NCBI GenBank assembly: GCA_963665115.1
Contig: OY762007.1
Coordinates: 4,064,001-4,128,000, forward strand
Origin: an uncultured Rivularia sp.
GTDB lineage: Bacteria > Cyanobacteriota > Cyanobacteriia > Cyanobacteriales > Nostocaceae
Direction: 5' to 3'
DNA: 64,000 nucleotides
Positions within the stretch are counted from its first letter, which is position 1. Every line of letters begins with the position of its first letter. The position numbers and the translations under genes are program-made. This document shows, one piece after another, positions 30,906-42,774 of this stretch. The notes beneath the pieces were generated by a model that was given only the letters and a program-made list of their open reading frames with translations, was not told the origin of the DNA and made no database searches.

Positions 30906-31979
30906 ATGTCAGCGCCCATAACTTCGCCAAAAGAAGACGTGAATCAGAAAAACTCTCAAAACTCTACTTTTGAAGTTAAGAAAAAAGGTAAATCGCTGCC
31001 TTCAGGGTTAATAATTAAGCTGGGAAAATTTGTCTGGACTACTATGTGGCAGATTATGATGTCGAAGCTGGCACCTAGTAACAAAAAAGGTGAATATATC
31101 CGCCCTTCAAGTCAGTTTCGTAATTCCATCGGTGATTCAGAAAATAATCTTTATCAACCTGTTGCGGGACGTTATCGCTTATATGTTGGTTTGGGATGTC
31201 CTTGGGCGCATCGAACTTTAGTAGTTAGAGCTTTAAAAGGGCTTGAAGATGCTGTGGAAATATCGATTGTTTATCCTTCGAGCAATGAAGGAATCTGGGT
31301 TTTAAAGAATCCAGAGGAAAATTGTCGAACTATTCCGGAACTATATCAAGTTGCACAACCGGGTTATCAAGGACGCTGTACGGTTCCAGTATTATGGGAT
31401 AAGCAAACAAATACGATAGTCAATAACGAAAGTGCCGAGATTATCGTAATGTTAAATTCTCAATTGAATCAGTTTGCGAATCGCGAATTAAATCTTTACC
31501 CAGAAGAATTAAAAGAAACAATAGAATTGTGGAATGAAAAAATATATCATGCTGTAAATAATGGCGTTTATCGCTGCGGTTTTGCTCAAACTCAAGAAGC
31601 TTACAATGAATGTTGCGATGAATTATTTACGGTTTTAGATGAGATCGATCAAACTTTAGAAAATCAAAGATATTTATGTGGCGAACAGTTAACTTTAGCT
31701 GACGTGCGTTTATTTACTACCTTGTTTCGATTTGATGTAGTATATTACAGTTTGTTCAAATGTAACCGCCGTAGAATTCAGGATTATGTAAATTTAGGAG
31801 CTTATTTACGCGATTTATATCAGCTTTCTGCAGTTGCCCAAACTTGTGATTTAGAAAGCGTTAAGCAGGATTATTACGGAAATTTGTTTCCGCTTAATCC
31901 GGGGGGTATAATTCCTTCTGGTCCCGATATTTCTAATCTTTTAGAACCGCATCATCGGGAAAAAGTTGGTAATAGGTAA
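30906..31979 (+). CDS. Glutathionyl-hydroquinone reductase (YqjG-like GST)
   Basis: CPWAHR, TVPVLWD, NNESAEI, VNNGVYRCGFA. Confidence 0.92.
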   Translation: MSAPITSPKEDVNQKNSQNSTFEVKKKGKSLPSGLIIKLGKFVWTTMWQIMMSKLAPSNKKGEYIRPSSQFRNSIGDSENNLYQPVAGRYRLYVGLGCPWAHRTLVVRALKGLEDAVEISIVYPSSNEGIWVLKNPEENCRTIPELYQVAQPGYQGRCTVPVLWDKQTNTIVNNESAEIIVMLNSQLNQFANRELNLYPEELKETIELWNEKIYHAVNNGVYRCGFAQTQEAYNECCDELFTVLDEIDQTLENQRYLCGEQLTLADVRLFTTLFRFDVVYYSLFKCNRRRIQDYVNLGAYLRDLYQLSAVAQTCDLESVKQDYYGNLFPLNPGGIIPSGPDISNLLEPHHREKVGNR

Positions 31980-32110
31980 TAGGTTAAAGGGAATAGGTCA
32001 AAGGTTAAAGGTAATAAGTAGTAGGTAAAATATTATATTTTTTCGTAGTTTAATGGCAAGAAAATCAAACTTTCATATTACGTTGATAAATAGCTGATAA
32101 CTGATTGAGG

Positions 32111-32259
32111 GGGAGCATCCCAATTTTAATTTTGCATAATTAAGATTTTGATTGTCATTGCGAACGAAGTGAAGCAATCTCAAAATGTTGCGATTGCGTC
32201 GTTCCACTTTGTTCCACTCGCAATGACAAATAGTATTTTTACACATTTGGGATGCTCCC
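32111..32259. mobile_element. MITE with 13-bp TIRs and 8-bp target-site duplication
   Basis: GGGAGCATCCCAA...TTGGGATGCTCCC flanked by GATTGAGG on both sides. Confidence 0.9.
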
Positions 32260-32477
32260 GATTGAGGTATAGCCGTACACCAAAAATCAATCAGAATTTA
32301 ACTGTTATTTATTTTTTAACCTTTGACCTTTAACCTTTAACCTTTGACCTTTAGCCTTATAAATAGTATAAAACTGCGAACAGCAAGGGCATTTGTAGGT
32401 AAGTCAACACACATTATATAAAAATATATATTACCTTTATTTAGTGCCTGGGTAGAAATGTAGGGAAATTTTAAGGG

Positions 32478-34088
32478 ATGGATGGATTATCTTTTTCTTG
32501 GGGAAGAAGGATTGTAGCTGTTTGCGTGCGTATATTACTTGCTCTTAGTATTGCTTTTGCAGTAATGCTATTAGTCTACCGATTTGAAAACTGGGAGGCT
32601 GTTAATTGTGATAATCCACGATCGGTTTGTTCTCAAGTATTTTCGGTAGTTCAAGTAAAATACGTCCAAGGTTTTAGTATATTATCCGCAGCGTTTTTGT
32701 ATGTTTTAGAAAGCCCGGAGCGGATCAGAACCAGAATATACGAAGCTTGGCAAGTAATTGACAATGCCGCAGCAGCTAAGGTTTCAACTAGCTATGCAAG
32801 AATTCGAGCTTTAGAATTTTTAAAAGATTATGGGATTTCTTTAGAAAGATTGAATTTAGAAAAAACAGATTTACAACAAATAAATCTGAGTCAAGTTAAT
32901 TTGAAAAGTGCTAACCTCTCTTGCGCTGACCTTAGAGAAGCTAAATTTAGAGGAGCTAATCTCAGTTATGCTGACCTTAGCGATGCTGATATAAGTAATG
33001 CAAATTTTAAAGGTGCTAAATTCAACAATGCAAACCTTGAAGGTGCAAATTTGAATAATGCGGACCTTAGAAGTGTAAGCTTCAGTTTTGCCAACCTTAG
33101 AAGTACTAGTCTCAGGGGCGCTCTTTTAGAAAATGCGATTTTCAAAGATGCCGACCTTAAAGGTAGTTTATATAACGAAAACACTAAGTTTCCGGAAGAT
33201 TTCAACCCTGACAATTATCAAATGTATCGCATTTCTGCTGATGCCAAGCTTAGAGATGCCAATCTTAGAGATACCAACCTTAGCAATGCAAATCTAAGAG
33301 GTGCTGATTTAACTAATTCCGACTTGAGAAAAGCAGACCTTAGAGGCGTAGATTTAAAAGATGCCAAACTTTCAGGTGCCAATATTAGAGGTGCAGACCT
33401 TAGAGATGCTAAACTCACTGGTGCGATACTAAAAGGTTGTTTATACAACGAAAAAACGAAGTTTTCCAAAAACTTTACACCTGGGAATCATCAGATGTAC
33501 CTGATTTCTCCCAATGCTAATCTCCAAGATGCTGACTTAGCGAATGCTCATCTTAGCGGTGCCCACTTAACGATCGCCAATCTTAGAGATACTAACTTAG
33601 CTCGTGCAAACCTCCGAGGTTCAAATCTTAGCGATGCAGACCTTAGAGGTGCTAATCTTGTTAGTGCGAATCTCAGGGGGACAAATTTGATTCGCGCAGA
33701 CCTTAGAGGAGCATACATTAAAGGTTGTTTGTACGATGAGAAAACTAAGTTTCCTCAAAATTTCTCTATGACAGGTTTCAAAACTTTTTTAATTGCTCCT
33801 AATACCGATCTCAAGGATGCCAATCTTAGATACGCAAATCTTAGAGATGCAGACCTGAGTAATGCCGATTTAACCAACGCAAAACTTAATAGTGCCGACT
33901 TAAGAAACGCAAACCTCAGCAATGCGAACCTTGGTGGTGTGAATATCAAAAATGCGAATCTTAATGGCACTAATTTGACTAATGCCCAAAATTTAACCAA
34001 AGAACAGGTTAAGTTAGCCGCTAATTGGGATAAGGCAATATACGATGAAGAATTTCTGGTGATATTGGGTTTACCTGTGGAAGAGTGA
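32478..34088 (+). CDS. Membrane-anchored pentapeptide repeat protein
   Basis: N-terminal TM segments; A(D/N)LxX repeats punctuated by three KG.LY.E.TKF modules. Confidence 0.92.
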   Translation: MDGLSFSWGRRIVAVCVRILLALSIAFAVMLLVYRFENWEAVNCDNPRSVCSQVFSVVQVKYVQGFSILSAAFLYVLESPERIRTRIYEAWQVIDNAAAAKVSTSYARIRALEFLKDYGISLERLNLEKTDLQQINLSQVNLKSANLSCADLREAKFRGANLSYADLSDADISNANFKGAKFNNANLEGANLNNADLRSVSFSFANLRSTSLRGALLENAIFKDADLKGSLYNENTKFPEDFNPDNYQMYRISADAKLRDANLRDTNLSNANLRGADLTNSDLRKADLRGVDLKDAKLSGANIRGADLRDAKLTGAILKGCLYNEKTKFSKNFTPGNHQMYLISPNANLQDADLANAHLSGAHLTIANLRDTNLARANLRGSNLSDADLRGANLVSANLRGTNLIRADLRGAYIKGCLYDEKTKFPQNFSMTGFKTFLIAPNTDLKDANLRYANLRDADLSNADLTNAKLNSADLRNANLSNANLGGVNIKNANLNGTNLTNAQNLTKEQVKLAANWDKAIYDEEFLVILGLPVEE

Positions 34089-34195
34089 GCAGCGAGTAAT
34101 AACTATTTAATTTTTGGTTTTTGTTTCTTATGTCTAATTCATCATTTATAATTACTTATTCCCTATAATTGCCATTGGTATCTTAAATATTGGCT

Positions 34196-34744
34196 ATGAA
34201 TTGGAATAAACTTTTGCAGCCCGACTTGATTTTGGAAGGTTCTATCTTAAACCTGACACTAGAAATTATTCAGCAGTACGAACTCAAAGGATTAGTGTTA
34301 GACGTAGATGAAACTTTGGTTCCCATAACTGTAGCTTTTGCTTCTAACGAGCTACAAGAATGGATAAATCAAATTCGTCCTTTGGTAAAAATTTGGCTGG
34401 TAAGTAACAACGTCAGCGAAAACCGCATCGGTTCTATTGCTCGTTCTCTTGACTTACCTTACTATATCAGTGCCGCTAAACCCTCGCGACGCAAGATTAG
34501 ACAAGCACTTGAACAAATGGACTTACCCGCACATCAAGTTGCAATGGTTGGCGATCGCCTTTTTACTGATGTAGTTGTGGGGAATCGCTTGGATATGTTT
34601 TCCATCTTGGTTGAACCAATTATTCATCCCGATACTGCTATGCGTTTTCACCCTATACGTAATGTTGAAGTTTTGATATCCGAAATTTTGGGAGCCTCTA
34701 TTACTCCTAAAAAGCGGAGAGTTACAAATGTTGACAAAAGTTGA
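34196..34744 (+). CDS. yqeG: YqeG family HAD IIIA phosphatase
   Basis: DVDETL, VSNN, AKP, MVGDRLFTD. Confidence 0.9.
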   Translation: MNWNKLLQPDLILEGSILNLTLEIIQQYELKGLVLDVDETLVPITVAFASNELQEWINQIRPLVKIWLVSNNVSENRIGSIARSLDLPYYISAAKPSRRKIRQALEQMDLPAHQVAMVGDRLFTDVVVGNRLDMFSILVEPIIHPDTAMRFHPIRNVEVLISEILGASITPKKRRVTNVDKS

Positions 34745-35000
34745 GAATACAAAACCTAAAGAAATCATAAAAAATCAAAAGTAACCTATCTACAGGTGTA
34801 ATTATATAGATAGATAAAACGGAGTCAGCTATATAAAGACTCTGCCCATAATAAGAATAAACATATTTGTAAAGCGTCAACCTTCACTTTTTAGAGGGAT
34901 TGGCGCTTTATATTTTTGGTTATTTGTTGCAAAGGCAATTGCAAAGGCTTATCTTCTTTTTTAAGACGAAAGACATTGCTTGACAAATAACAAATAAAAA

Positions 35001-36112
35001 ATGAATCAAATAATTGTTGTTAAAATTGGCACTTCTAGCTTAACTCGTCCCGAAACCGGACAATTAGCACTTTCTACAATTGCGAGTTTGGCTGAAACTC
35101 TTTGCAATTTGAGACGAAATAATCATAAAGTCATTTTGGTTTCTTCTGGTGCTGTGGGTGTAGGTTGTGCGCGACTGGGTTTAAGCGAACGTCCCCTAAA
35201 GCAATTAGTGTTAAACAAGCGGTTGCAGCAGTTGGGCAAGGACGATTAATGCGGGTTTATGACGATTTATTTACCAGCTTGCAACAACCTATCGCTCAAG
35301 TTTTACTTACTCGTACCGATCTAGTACAGCGCAGTCGCTATCTTAATGTCTACAATACTTTTCAGGAATTATTGAAGTTAGACGTTATCCCAGTAGTCAA
35401 TGAAAACGATACTGTTGCGGTAGAAGAACTAAAATTCGGCGATAACGATACTCTTTCAGCTTTAGTTGCTAGTTTAGTACGCGCAGATTGGCTGTTTTTG
35501 CTCACGGATGTAGATAGACTTTATTCTGCCGATCCTCGCTCTGTACCTGATGCAAAACCGATAACTTTAGTAAGCAGCATTGAAGAATTAACTAAATTAC
35601 AGGTAGAAACAGGAACTTCGGGTTCTCAATGGGGTACGGGTGGAATGGCAACAAAGATTTCTGCCGCCAGAATTGCCACTGCTGCTGGGGTTAGAACAGT
35701 AATTACCGAAGGTAAACAGCCCTCCAATATTCAAAAAATCATCCAGGGAAAGTCGATAGGTACGCAGTTTGAACCACAACCAGAACCAACTTCAGCCCGC
35801 AAAAGGTGGATAGCATACGGCTTAGTTCCAGAAGGTAAATTATATTTGGATGCAGGTGCGGAGGTTGCAATTTCTGGTGGAGGAAAATCTTTGTTAGCTG
35901 CCGGAATTACAGCAGTAGAAGGAGAATTCAAGCAAAATGAAGCCGTACAGTTGTGCGATCGCGATGGTAAAGAAATCGCACGAGGGTTAGTTAATTACAG
36001 TAGCAGCGAACTGGAAAAAATACGCGGAAAACGTTCGAGTGAAATTCCCATAATTTTGGGTTATCAAGGTGTGGAAACGGTTGTACATCGAGATAATTTA
36101 GTGTTGATTTGA
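35001..36112 (+). CDS. proB: Glutamate 5-kinase (apparent frameshift at ~35193)
   Basis: [37 protein letters not shown] and PUA domain split over two frames at CGTCCCCTAAA. Confidence 0.93.
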
Positions 36113-36434
36113 AAAAAGGAAATAGGGAATAGGTAACGGGGAGCAAAAGGAAAAGAATATTTTCTAATTAAAATTACCAAAACTGAAGCGAACAAAGTTT
36201 TTATTTTAGTTAAGAAATTTCTATAAGTTTAAAATATTTTATTGTTAATCAAGCAACAAAATTCATAAACCATTCAGTGCAATTTAACAAGAGCATTATT
36301 GAATATATTTAGGAAAAATATCCGATTTATTCCTATTTTTTATTTATCTATCTACTCTCACAACACACTTAGGGTAGATGTGAGTATAACTAATGAACAA
36401 TTAAATTATATTGTGTTGCTTCTTCATAGCTATA

Positions 36435-37145
36435 ATGCTAACTCAACAAAGTTTAAAAGATGTCTTTTATTGCCCAGAAGAATCTGAGTTCTACTCTCAA
36501 TGCATCAAAGAGATAATACTCAAACAATGCAATAACGCTGAAATTGTTGTCGAATTTGGTTCTGGTGATGGTACTCCAGTCATTAATTCTTTACTTGAAA
36601 CAAAATTCAAAGGTAAAATTTATGGATTTGAATTAAACGAATCAGCTTACGAAGTCGCTAAATCTAACGTTCGTAAGCACGAATTAGACAGTAAATACAT
36701 AGTCAAGAATCAAAGCTTTTTTAGTTCGTTGAATAAGAATGCTGAGTACCTGATATCAAACCCACCATATCTTCCTGCAATAGACAATAAAATTTATCAG
36801 CCATTATTGCATGGTGGTATCGATGGTTCAGATATTGCCAGAAAGCTTTTATCTTTAAATTATGAAAATGTATTGCTGATGGTGTCTAGCTATTCTAATC
36901 CGCAAAGCTTAATTGAATATGCTATATCCCAGGGTTATTCTACTGGGAACTTTATGATTTCGCCTTTAAAGTTTGGTTATTACAGTTCAGAACCAAAAGT
37001 TAAAAACACTATTTTAGAAATGCAAAAAAAAGGTCTGGCTTTTTACTCAGATAACATCTATCTTTTGGCCGGAGTTTTATTTACTCGGAATCAGATGACA
37101 GTCGATTTATCTTCCGAACTAATTCAAGTAATGACTTCTTTGTGA
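36435..37145 (+). CDS. Class I SAM-dependent methyltransferase (NPPY type)
   Basis: EFGSGDG motif I; ISNPPYLP. Confidence 0.85.
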   Translation: MLTQQSLKDVFYCPEESEFYSQCIKEIILKQCNNAEIVVEFGSGDGTPVINSLLETKFKGKIYGFELNESAYEVAKSNVRKHELDSKYIVKNQSFFSSLNKNAEYLISNPPYLPAIDNKIYQPLLHGGIDGSDIARKLLSLNYENVLLMVSSYSNPQSLIEYAISQGYSTGNFMISPLKFGYYSSEPKVKNTILEMQKKGLAFYSDNIYLLAGVLFTRNQMTVDLSSELIQVMTSL

Positions 37146-37151
37146 AAAGGA

Positions 37152-37300
37152 ATGGGGATTGGGGATTGGTAATTGGTAATTGGTAATTGGTAATTGGTAA
37201 TTGGGCATAGGGCATAACTTGTAGTGGGAGCGAGACGCTCCCTTTCCCCCAATCTCCCCTTGTCCCCTTGTCCCCTTGTCTCCCAATCTCCCCATGCCCC
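37152..37300. repeat. STRR repeat cluster
   Basis: (GGTAATT)n and TCCCCTTG repeats. Confidence 0.8.
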
Positions 37301-37357
37301 ATGACGGCAGTTCCTACAACGGAGGGAACCTCCGCAACGGACTGCCTCCCCAATTCC

Positions 37358-38446
37358 CTAATCCCTTTCACGCATATCGGCTTCTTTGACTAATTGAGTC
37401 ACGGCTTTACCAGCGCGAGAACTTAAGAACTTTTGTTGTTCGTAGCCAAGCAACATTTCCCAAGCATCTGAAGGATATTGATCGACGAGAGGTAATGCGA
37501 CATCATCTAACATCCATTTTCCATGTAGTTCGTCTACTTTGATATGGATATCCCAATAACTCATCTCTTCTGTTGATAATCCGAGACGCTTTCCGGCTGC
37601 TTGATAGGGACGAAATCCTGACGGTACGGAAAGTTCTCCGTACAAAAGCCCGCCGATATAGCGCAGAAAATAGCGCTTTCGTTCGCTAAGTACGAAGCTA
37701 TGATTGATTATTGCTAATAATTCCCAAGGAACCAAATCAAAGTATGCTTCCGGTTGGGTATCCATTCCTAGTTTTTCCAGCATTGTTGTAAAGTGTGAAG
37801 AATGCTTGCGACTAAAACGGCCGCCACCGTATTCTTCTACTAACAACCGCGTTAGTACCGAATGAATTTCATTTCCTACACCACCTAAAGTCCGAGAAAG
37901 TTGACTCGCTTCTACTAATCCATCGAGAGAACCAATTGCTACCAAACAACGGTAGCCAGCCATCGTTAATCGATCGCTGTAATATAAATTATCTTCAGAT
38001 AAAGGTGGTTCGATATCGGCTGCAACTCTTTGGCTTAATGCTTTTTTGACATCTATTCCTTTAAAGGATTTTGTTTGCAGTTGAGCTATTTCCCATTTCT
38101 GCCAAACTGATTCAATTCGATTCCGCAGCTTTTGTAGATAAAAAGAATCTTCGTTTACGTAGTTTTTTAAATCATCGTACCAAAACAGCTTTAACCTATT
38201 GACACGATAAAGTATCCTTTGCAAAAATAAATGTGCGGCATTATCTCCCGATGTTGTTTGATAAGCTGCTTCTAAAGCAAAATCGATGGTTTTTTTGACG
38301 TTATTTATTGTCGAATGCAGTTCCTCTAAACGATTATCTAAATCTTCCGTTAACAGTAGTTCGATGAATTGTTTTTCGGTTTGATCGTAGTTAATCGCGA
38401 CTTTCGTTTTGATGTCAGTAATTGGAAGTGCAGTACTGCTATGCAT
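37358..38446 (-). CDS. Iron-containing redox enzyme (heme-oxygenase-like diiron oxidase family)
   Basis: EEYG.G....H and YW..H...D..H ligand pattern; DGLVEAS. Confidence 0.8.
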   Translation of the reverse strand: MHSSTALPITDIKTKVAINYDQTEKQFIELLLTEDLDNRLEELHSTINNVKKTIDFALEAAYQTTSGDNAAHLFLQRILYRVNRLKLFWYDDLKNYVNEDSFYLQKLRNRIESVWQKWEIAQLQTKSFKGIDVKKALSQRVAADIEPPLSEDNLYYSDRLTMAGYRCLVAIGSLDGLVEASQLSRTLGGVGNEIHSVLTRLLVEEYGGGRFSRKHSSHFTTMLEKLGMDTQPEAYFDLVPWELLAIINHSFVLSERKRYFLRYIGGLLYGELSVPSGFRPYQAAGKRLGLSTEEMSYWDIHIKVDELHGKWMLDDVALPLVDQYPSDAWEMLLGYEQQKFLSSRAGKAVTQLVKEADMRERD

Positions 38447-38495
38447 TTTAAATGATTCTCCTTTGCTGCAATATTCCGTATTATTAGTTAAAGAA

Positions 38496-39266
38496 TTAGG
38501 AATAAGGGCTTACTCTGGGGTGAAGCGAACTAATTAATGTCCAAGCTGCCATGTATGTTCCAGCATAGAGATTTGCATAGTCAGCATTGCTATCTTTTAC
38601 AAACCAGTCAGGTGTAGTTTGCTGCTGTCTAACTCTTTCATCTAAGCCAGTAAGTAATGAAATATTTCCATACACCATGTTTCCGCCAGCCTTTTCTACC
38701 ATTGAATTGACAGAATTTTGTAATAATTCAGCGCGAGCAAACAAAGTGTGATTCGGATGATTGCCGTAAGCGAAAGGCACAATAATAACCAAATAGCCTC
38801 GATCGCTGACTAAGTTTTGCAAACAGAATTTAATGATTTCTTGGTCGTCTTTTTTTTCTAAAGTATTCTTATCGGTGCTGTGAAATAACAAGCCCGCCAT
38901 CACAATTGCATCAAATTTTTGGTTGTTTTCAACCATTTGAGGCATGATAACCGATAAATCCCCGGTTTCAAACTTATTTTGAGAAAAAAGCTTTTTACAA
39001 CGTTCGATTGCTAAATCGCTATGGTCGATACCTAAATAATCGCAGCGCTCTGGCAGATATTTACATAAAGCTGCATTTCCGCATCCCAAATCTAATAAAG
39101 AGAATGATTCTTGGGGAAATGCGTCATTCAAAAAACAAACTGTGGGTTTATATCTTGGTGTATTTTCCGGTGACTCTAGATATGAATAATAGTCATCTTG
39201 AAAACGTTCTTCTTCAGTTGTATTTCTATCTGGTGGTGCTTGTTGCATGAGGATTGTTCTTGACAA
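38496..39266 (-). CDS. Class I SAM-dependent methyltransferase
   Basis: LLDLGCGNA, GIDHS, FDAIV. Confidence 0.85.
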   Translation of the reverse strand: MSRTILMQQAPPDRNTTEEERFQDDYYSYLESPENTPRYKPTVCFLNDAFPQESFSLLDLGCGNAALCKYLPERCDYLGIDHSDLAIERCKKLFSQNKFETGDLSVIMPQMVENNQKFDAIVMAGLLFHSTDKNTLEKKDDQEIIKFCLQNLVSDRGYLVIIVPFAYGNHPNHTLFARAELLQNSVNSMVEKAGGNMVYGNISLLTGLDERVRQQQTTPDWFVKDSNADYANLYAGTYMAAWTLISSLHPRVSPYS

Positions 39267-39425
39267 ACAAAGTTATTATTAAACATTCCTCGAAAAATTT
39301 TATCACCCCAGAGACATTATTAATATTTTGGTAAATTTAATCGAAAATAATCGCGATGATACTTCCCAAGATGCATGACAAGTTGGGAAGTTAGGCGAAT
39401 CGGGTATAAATTAAGATTAAGGGAA

Positions 39426-39532
39426 CAGGGAGTAGGGAGTAGGGAGTAGGAAGTAGGAAGTAAGGAGTAGAAAGTAGGAAGTAGGAAGTAGGAAGTAAGG
39501 AGTAGAAAGTAGGAAGTAGGAAGTAGGAAGTA
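39426..39532 (+). repeat. STRR (GGAAGTA/GGGAGTA)n
   Basis: Visible tandem heptamers. Confidence 0.85.
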
Positions 39533-39936
39533 AAGCTAAGGCTTTGCAGTCAATGTCAATTTAAATTCTGTAACATATCGTTTATTTTGGCTGACTTCTT
39601 TAGATTGCAAGTCCTATTTTTTTAAGATTAATAAATAAGTTTATAGCAGTACCTGGTACGCTGAAGTATCGAAGACAAACGGTTGTAAAGCTTACTATAC
39701 AACGGTTGCGATCTTTAATAACGCTATAACAATAACTAATATTGTCTTTTTCCTCTGTTCCCCGTTCCCCGTTCCCTATTCCCTCTTTAACGACTATTTG
39801 ATGCCGCATAGCAAGCCATAAAGATTAAGCAAAAAGCGCGATGATTTTAGATTGCGTGCATCATAGAGCGAATTACTACCATTACACGCAATCATTTTTC
39901 GGTTAATCGCCATTAAATTCTTATAATTCCCAATTA

Positions 39937-41005
39937 TTAAAGTGCTTCTGGTGGAGCAATATCAGAACCAATGGTTATTCCAGCATTGCTAGATTTAATT
40001 CCTGGTTTTGCACTGATTTCTTTGTGTTTGAATGATTTGGAGACTTGTGAAGCAGGAGTTACTTCATTGGTATCTACTGGTTTCTCAGCTTTGGTTTGCT
40101 GTACTAGAGATAATCCTCCAACGGCACCAGCTACAAGTGCTGTATAACCGACGTACAGATGCATCGGGCTGATATCTAGTCCCAATTTTGGAGTCTTTTT
40201 ATCGGACTGAAACAATGAAGGAACTAGAGATTCTTGTGTTTCTGATGATGGTAGAGATCCAGCTAAAGCAGTACCGTTAAATCCTAAAGCATTACCCATG
40301 ACTCGAATAAAACCACGAACGTATACTTCTGCTGGTAAGGATTCCATGTCACCTCTTTCCACTGCTTCCATCTGACGTACTGGAATGTGAGTATACATTT
40401 GCAGATCGTTCATACAAAGCCCTCGGGCTTCTCTACCTTTTTTCAACTGTTGACCGATTTCGCGAAACTTTTCTAAGCGTTGTTCAACTCTTGCTTGCTT
40501 AGCAATTTCTGCTTTGGAAGGTTTTCCAGAATTGAGCCATTTCAAAGGATTACTATTTTTCGAGGTATCTTGAGGATTGGCTGCTGTTGTCCGTGTTATT
40601 GCAGTTTCTTGGGCTGATGCTTCTTGTTTAACAATATTGGTAGTTGCAGATGGTTGAACAGCTGTCAAACATTTAGATAATTCGCTACTTGGTGGCTCCG
40701 AAGTTATTTCTATTTCAATATCTTCTTCAATTTCTGGGGTGGTATTTGCGGCTGCCTGACTGTGCAAGGAAAGCTGACGAAAAGCGACACCAATCGCTTC
40801 TCTTCCGATTGCTTTAAACAAAAGCTTTGCTTGTTCCGATGAAGGGCCCGAGCAACTTCTGTACTGTCGCTATAGCACGACGGTAAACTTTGCTATTGTG
40901 TAATTCTGTTTCTATTTCACTTAAGAGCGATCGCAATTCATCTTGAGAAATTTCAATTGTGGGTTGTCCGGGAACGGATAGAGAATATATAGATGTCATG
41001 ACCAT
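39937..41005 (-). CDS. Helix-turn-helix (RodZ-type HTH) protein, apparent frameshift at ~40846
   Basis: IGQQLKKGRE..LP.EVYVRGFIR HTH; the two ORFs join if one C of GGGCCC is removed. Confidence 0.75.
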
Positions 41006-41994
41006 AATTACAGTGAGTAAATGAAGAGTACTTGAGCAAGAACGTAGTTTTACCTGTGTAATTTATTCTCACTTTTCTTGACATTTCCGGATTGTTGCGT
41101 ATAAACTCTATATCCTTTTGGGAAAAAAATGATAATGTCTAGAGCAGAAGCTTTTTGCTATCATCCGTAATTAGTAATCTAGATTTCATAAGTATTTTTT
41201 TGTTCCCAATCTCTGCACAATGACTGCAATTGCTACGATTGCAAGAGCCTTATCTCCATCTTATTGATAGAGTCCGCGTATATTTTGTTTCTATCCATGT
41301 ACTGAGCAAACATCGGAATTATTTATGACAAGTATTGATTATTAAATTATGCTAAGCAGTTAGATCAAATAGTAATTTCAATTGTTTATTCGATAAAATT
41401 GTTTTATATTAGATACAAGTATTACCTCAGAGGGATGACAATTTTTCTTAGAGAATAATCTAGTTTATATTGTTAGCCACAAATTCAACCAACACTTACA
41501 TTCGGGAATATTAAAAAATATGTAATTTTTTTTGCTAAGAGAATTAATTTTAAAAGCTAGCCCATAGAAGCTATGATTACATCCACTATTAGTATTAATA
41601 TATTTTTATAGTTGTTAAGAATTGCATTAGATTTTAGTTGTCAAACTATCTATAATCTCTTAACTAACTGCAACAAATGTAAATAATTTTGGTTTATTCT
41701 TGGTTGAAGATGAAAAATTATTACATAAAGGCGATCGCGATATTAGTGTATTTTAGTCATAAAGTTTGGCTCTGTGTTTTAACTAATAAGACATAAAAGC
41801 TAAACGAGCGAAACTTGATATATGAGATTGGGGTGCGGCAATCGTGGCGTGCTTTTTAATAAGTAGCGTTGCGATCGAAATGTATTATTGAAAAATAATT
41901 TTTGATAATTTTAGGTGAAAAGTTGTATTCCGTACATCTTTTTCAGTAATTTCTCTGTTGAATATAAGACATTAAAGACTACTGGGAGACGACA

Positions 41995-42774
41995 GTGAAT
42001 CTGTTAAACGAAGAACAAGGGGAGAAACTTAAGGAGATAACCAAAAAATTAAAGCAAATAAGAGAACAAAAAGGGATAGATATAGAGCAAATAGCAGCCA
42101 AAATACTTGTCCGACCTGTTTTTTTAAATGCTTTAGAGGAAGGAAGATTTGAGGAATTACCCGAAGCAGTCTACATACAAGGATTCGTCCGTCGCTATGG
42201 AGACGCTATAGGAATTGACGGTACAGCTATAGGTCAAGAATTTGGGGCTATTGCTTGTCCTCCGCCGATACCCAGGGACAATAATGATGTAAGCAGTAAA
42301 GGAAATTTATACGTACCTTTAGCAGTACCTTACGTTTTATTAATAATTGCTGCTTCTTTGGGGTTATTTTACGTATTAGGTCCCAAACCAGCAGAACAAA
42401 CTGTTAGTCAAAATCAATATTCATCCAACGTTTCGGAACAAAAAAACCAGCCAAAACCCAAAGCTTCAACTTCACCAGTAACATCAAAGCCAAAACCAGC
42501 ACCAACACCAACACCAAAACCCATTGAAGGTGTAGAAGTTAGTTTAGACTTAAAAGATGAATCCTGGGTAAGAGTAATAACCGACGGTAAAAAAGTATTT
42601 GAAGGAACATTGCTCAAAGGAGACAAAAAAAACTTTAATGCTAAAGAAACATTAGAAATACGTTCTGGGAATCCAGGTGCAGTACTTGTTTCCGTGAATC
42701 AAAACAAACCCGTTCCGTTAGGTCCTCCTAATATGCCGAAGACAGTTACTTACACACCCGACTTTGGGGAGTGA
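41995..42774 (+). CDS. RodZ-like protein (HTH, TM, DUF4115)
   Basis: LP..VYIQGFVRRY; TM; SWVRV..DGK..FEG.L..G; GNPGAV. Confidence 0.85.
   Translation: MNLLNEEQGEKLKEITKKLKQIREQKGIDIEQIAAKILVRPVFLNALEEGRFEELPEAVYIQGFVRRYGDAIGIDGTAIGQEFGAIACPPPIPRDNNDVSSKGNLYVPLAVPYVLLIIAASLGLFYVLGPKPAEQTVSQNQYSSNVSEQKNQPKPKASTSPVTSKPKPAPTPTPKPIEGVEVSLDLKDESWVRVITDGKKVFEGTLLKGDKKNFNAKETLEIRSGNPGAVLVSVNQNKPVPLGPPNMPKTVTYTPDFGE

Noticed and set aside
32966..34000. Antisense ORFs inside the pentapeptide gene (and similar short ORFs antisense to ycf66, the antiporter, gatA and nifV)
   Set aside because: Shadow frames of well-supported genes with no independent motifs.
35001..36112. proB as a true pseudogene or programmed frameshift
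   Set aside because: Both halves are otherwise intact, and the same homopolymer-type shift recurs in four other genes, so sequencing error is more likely.
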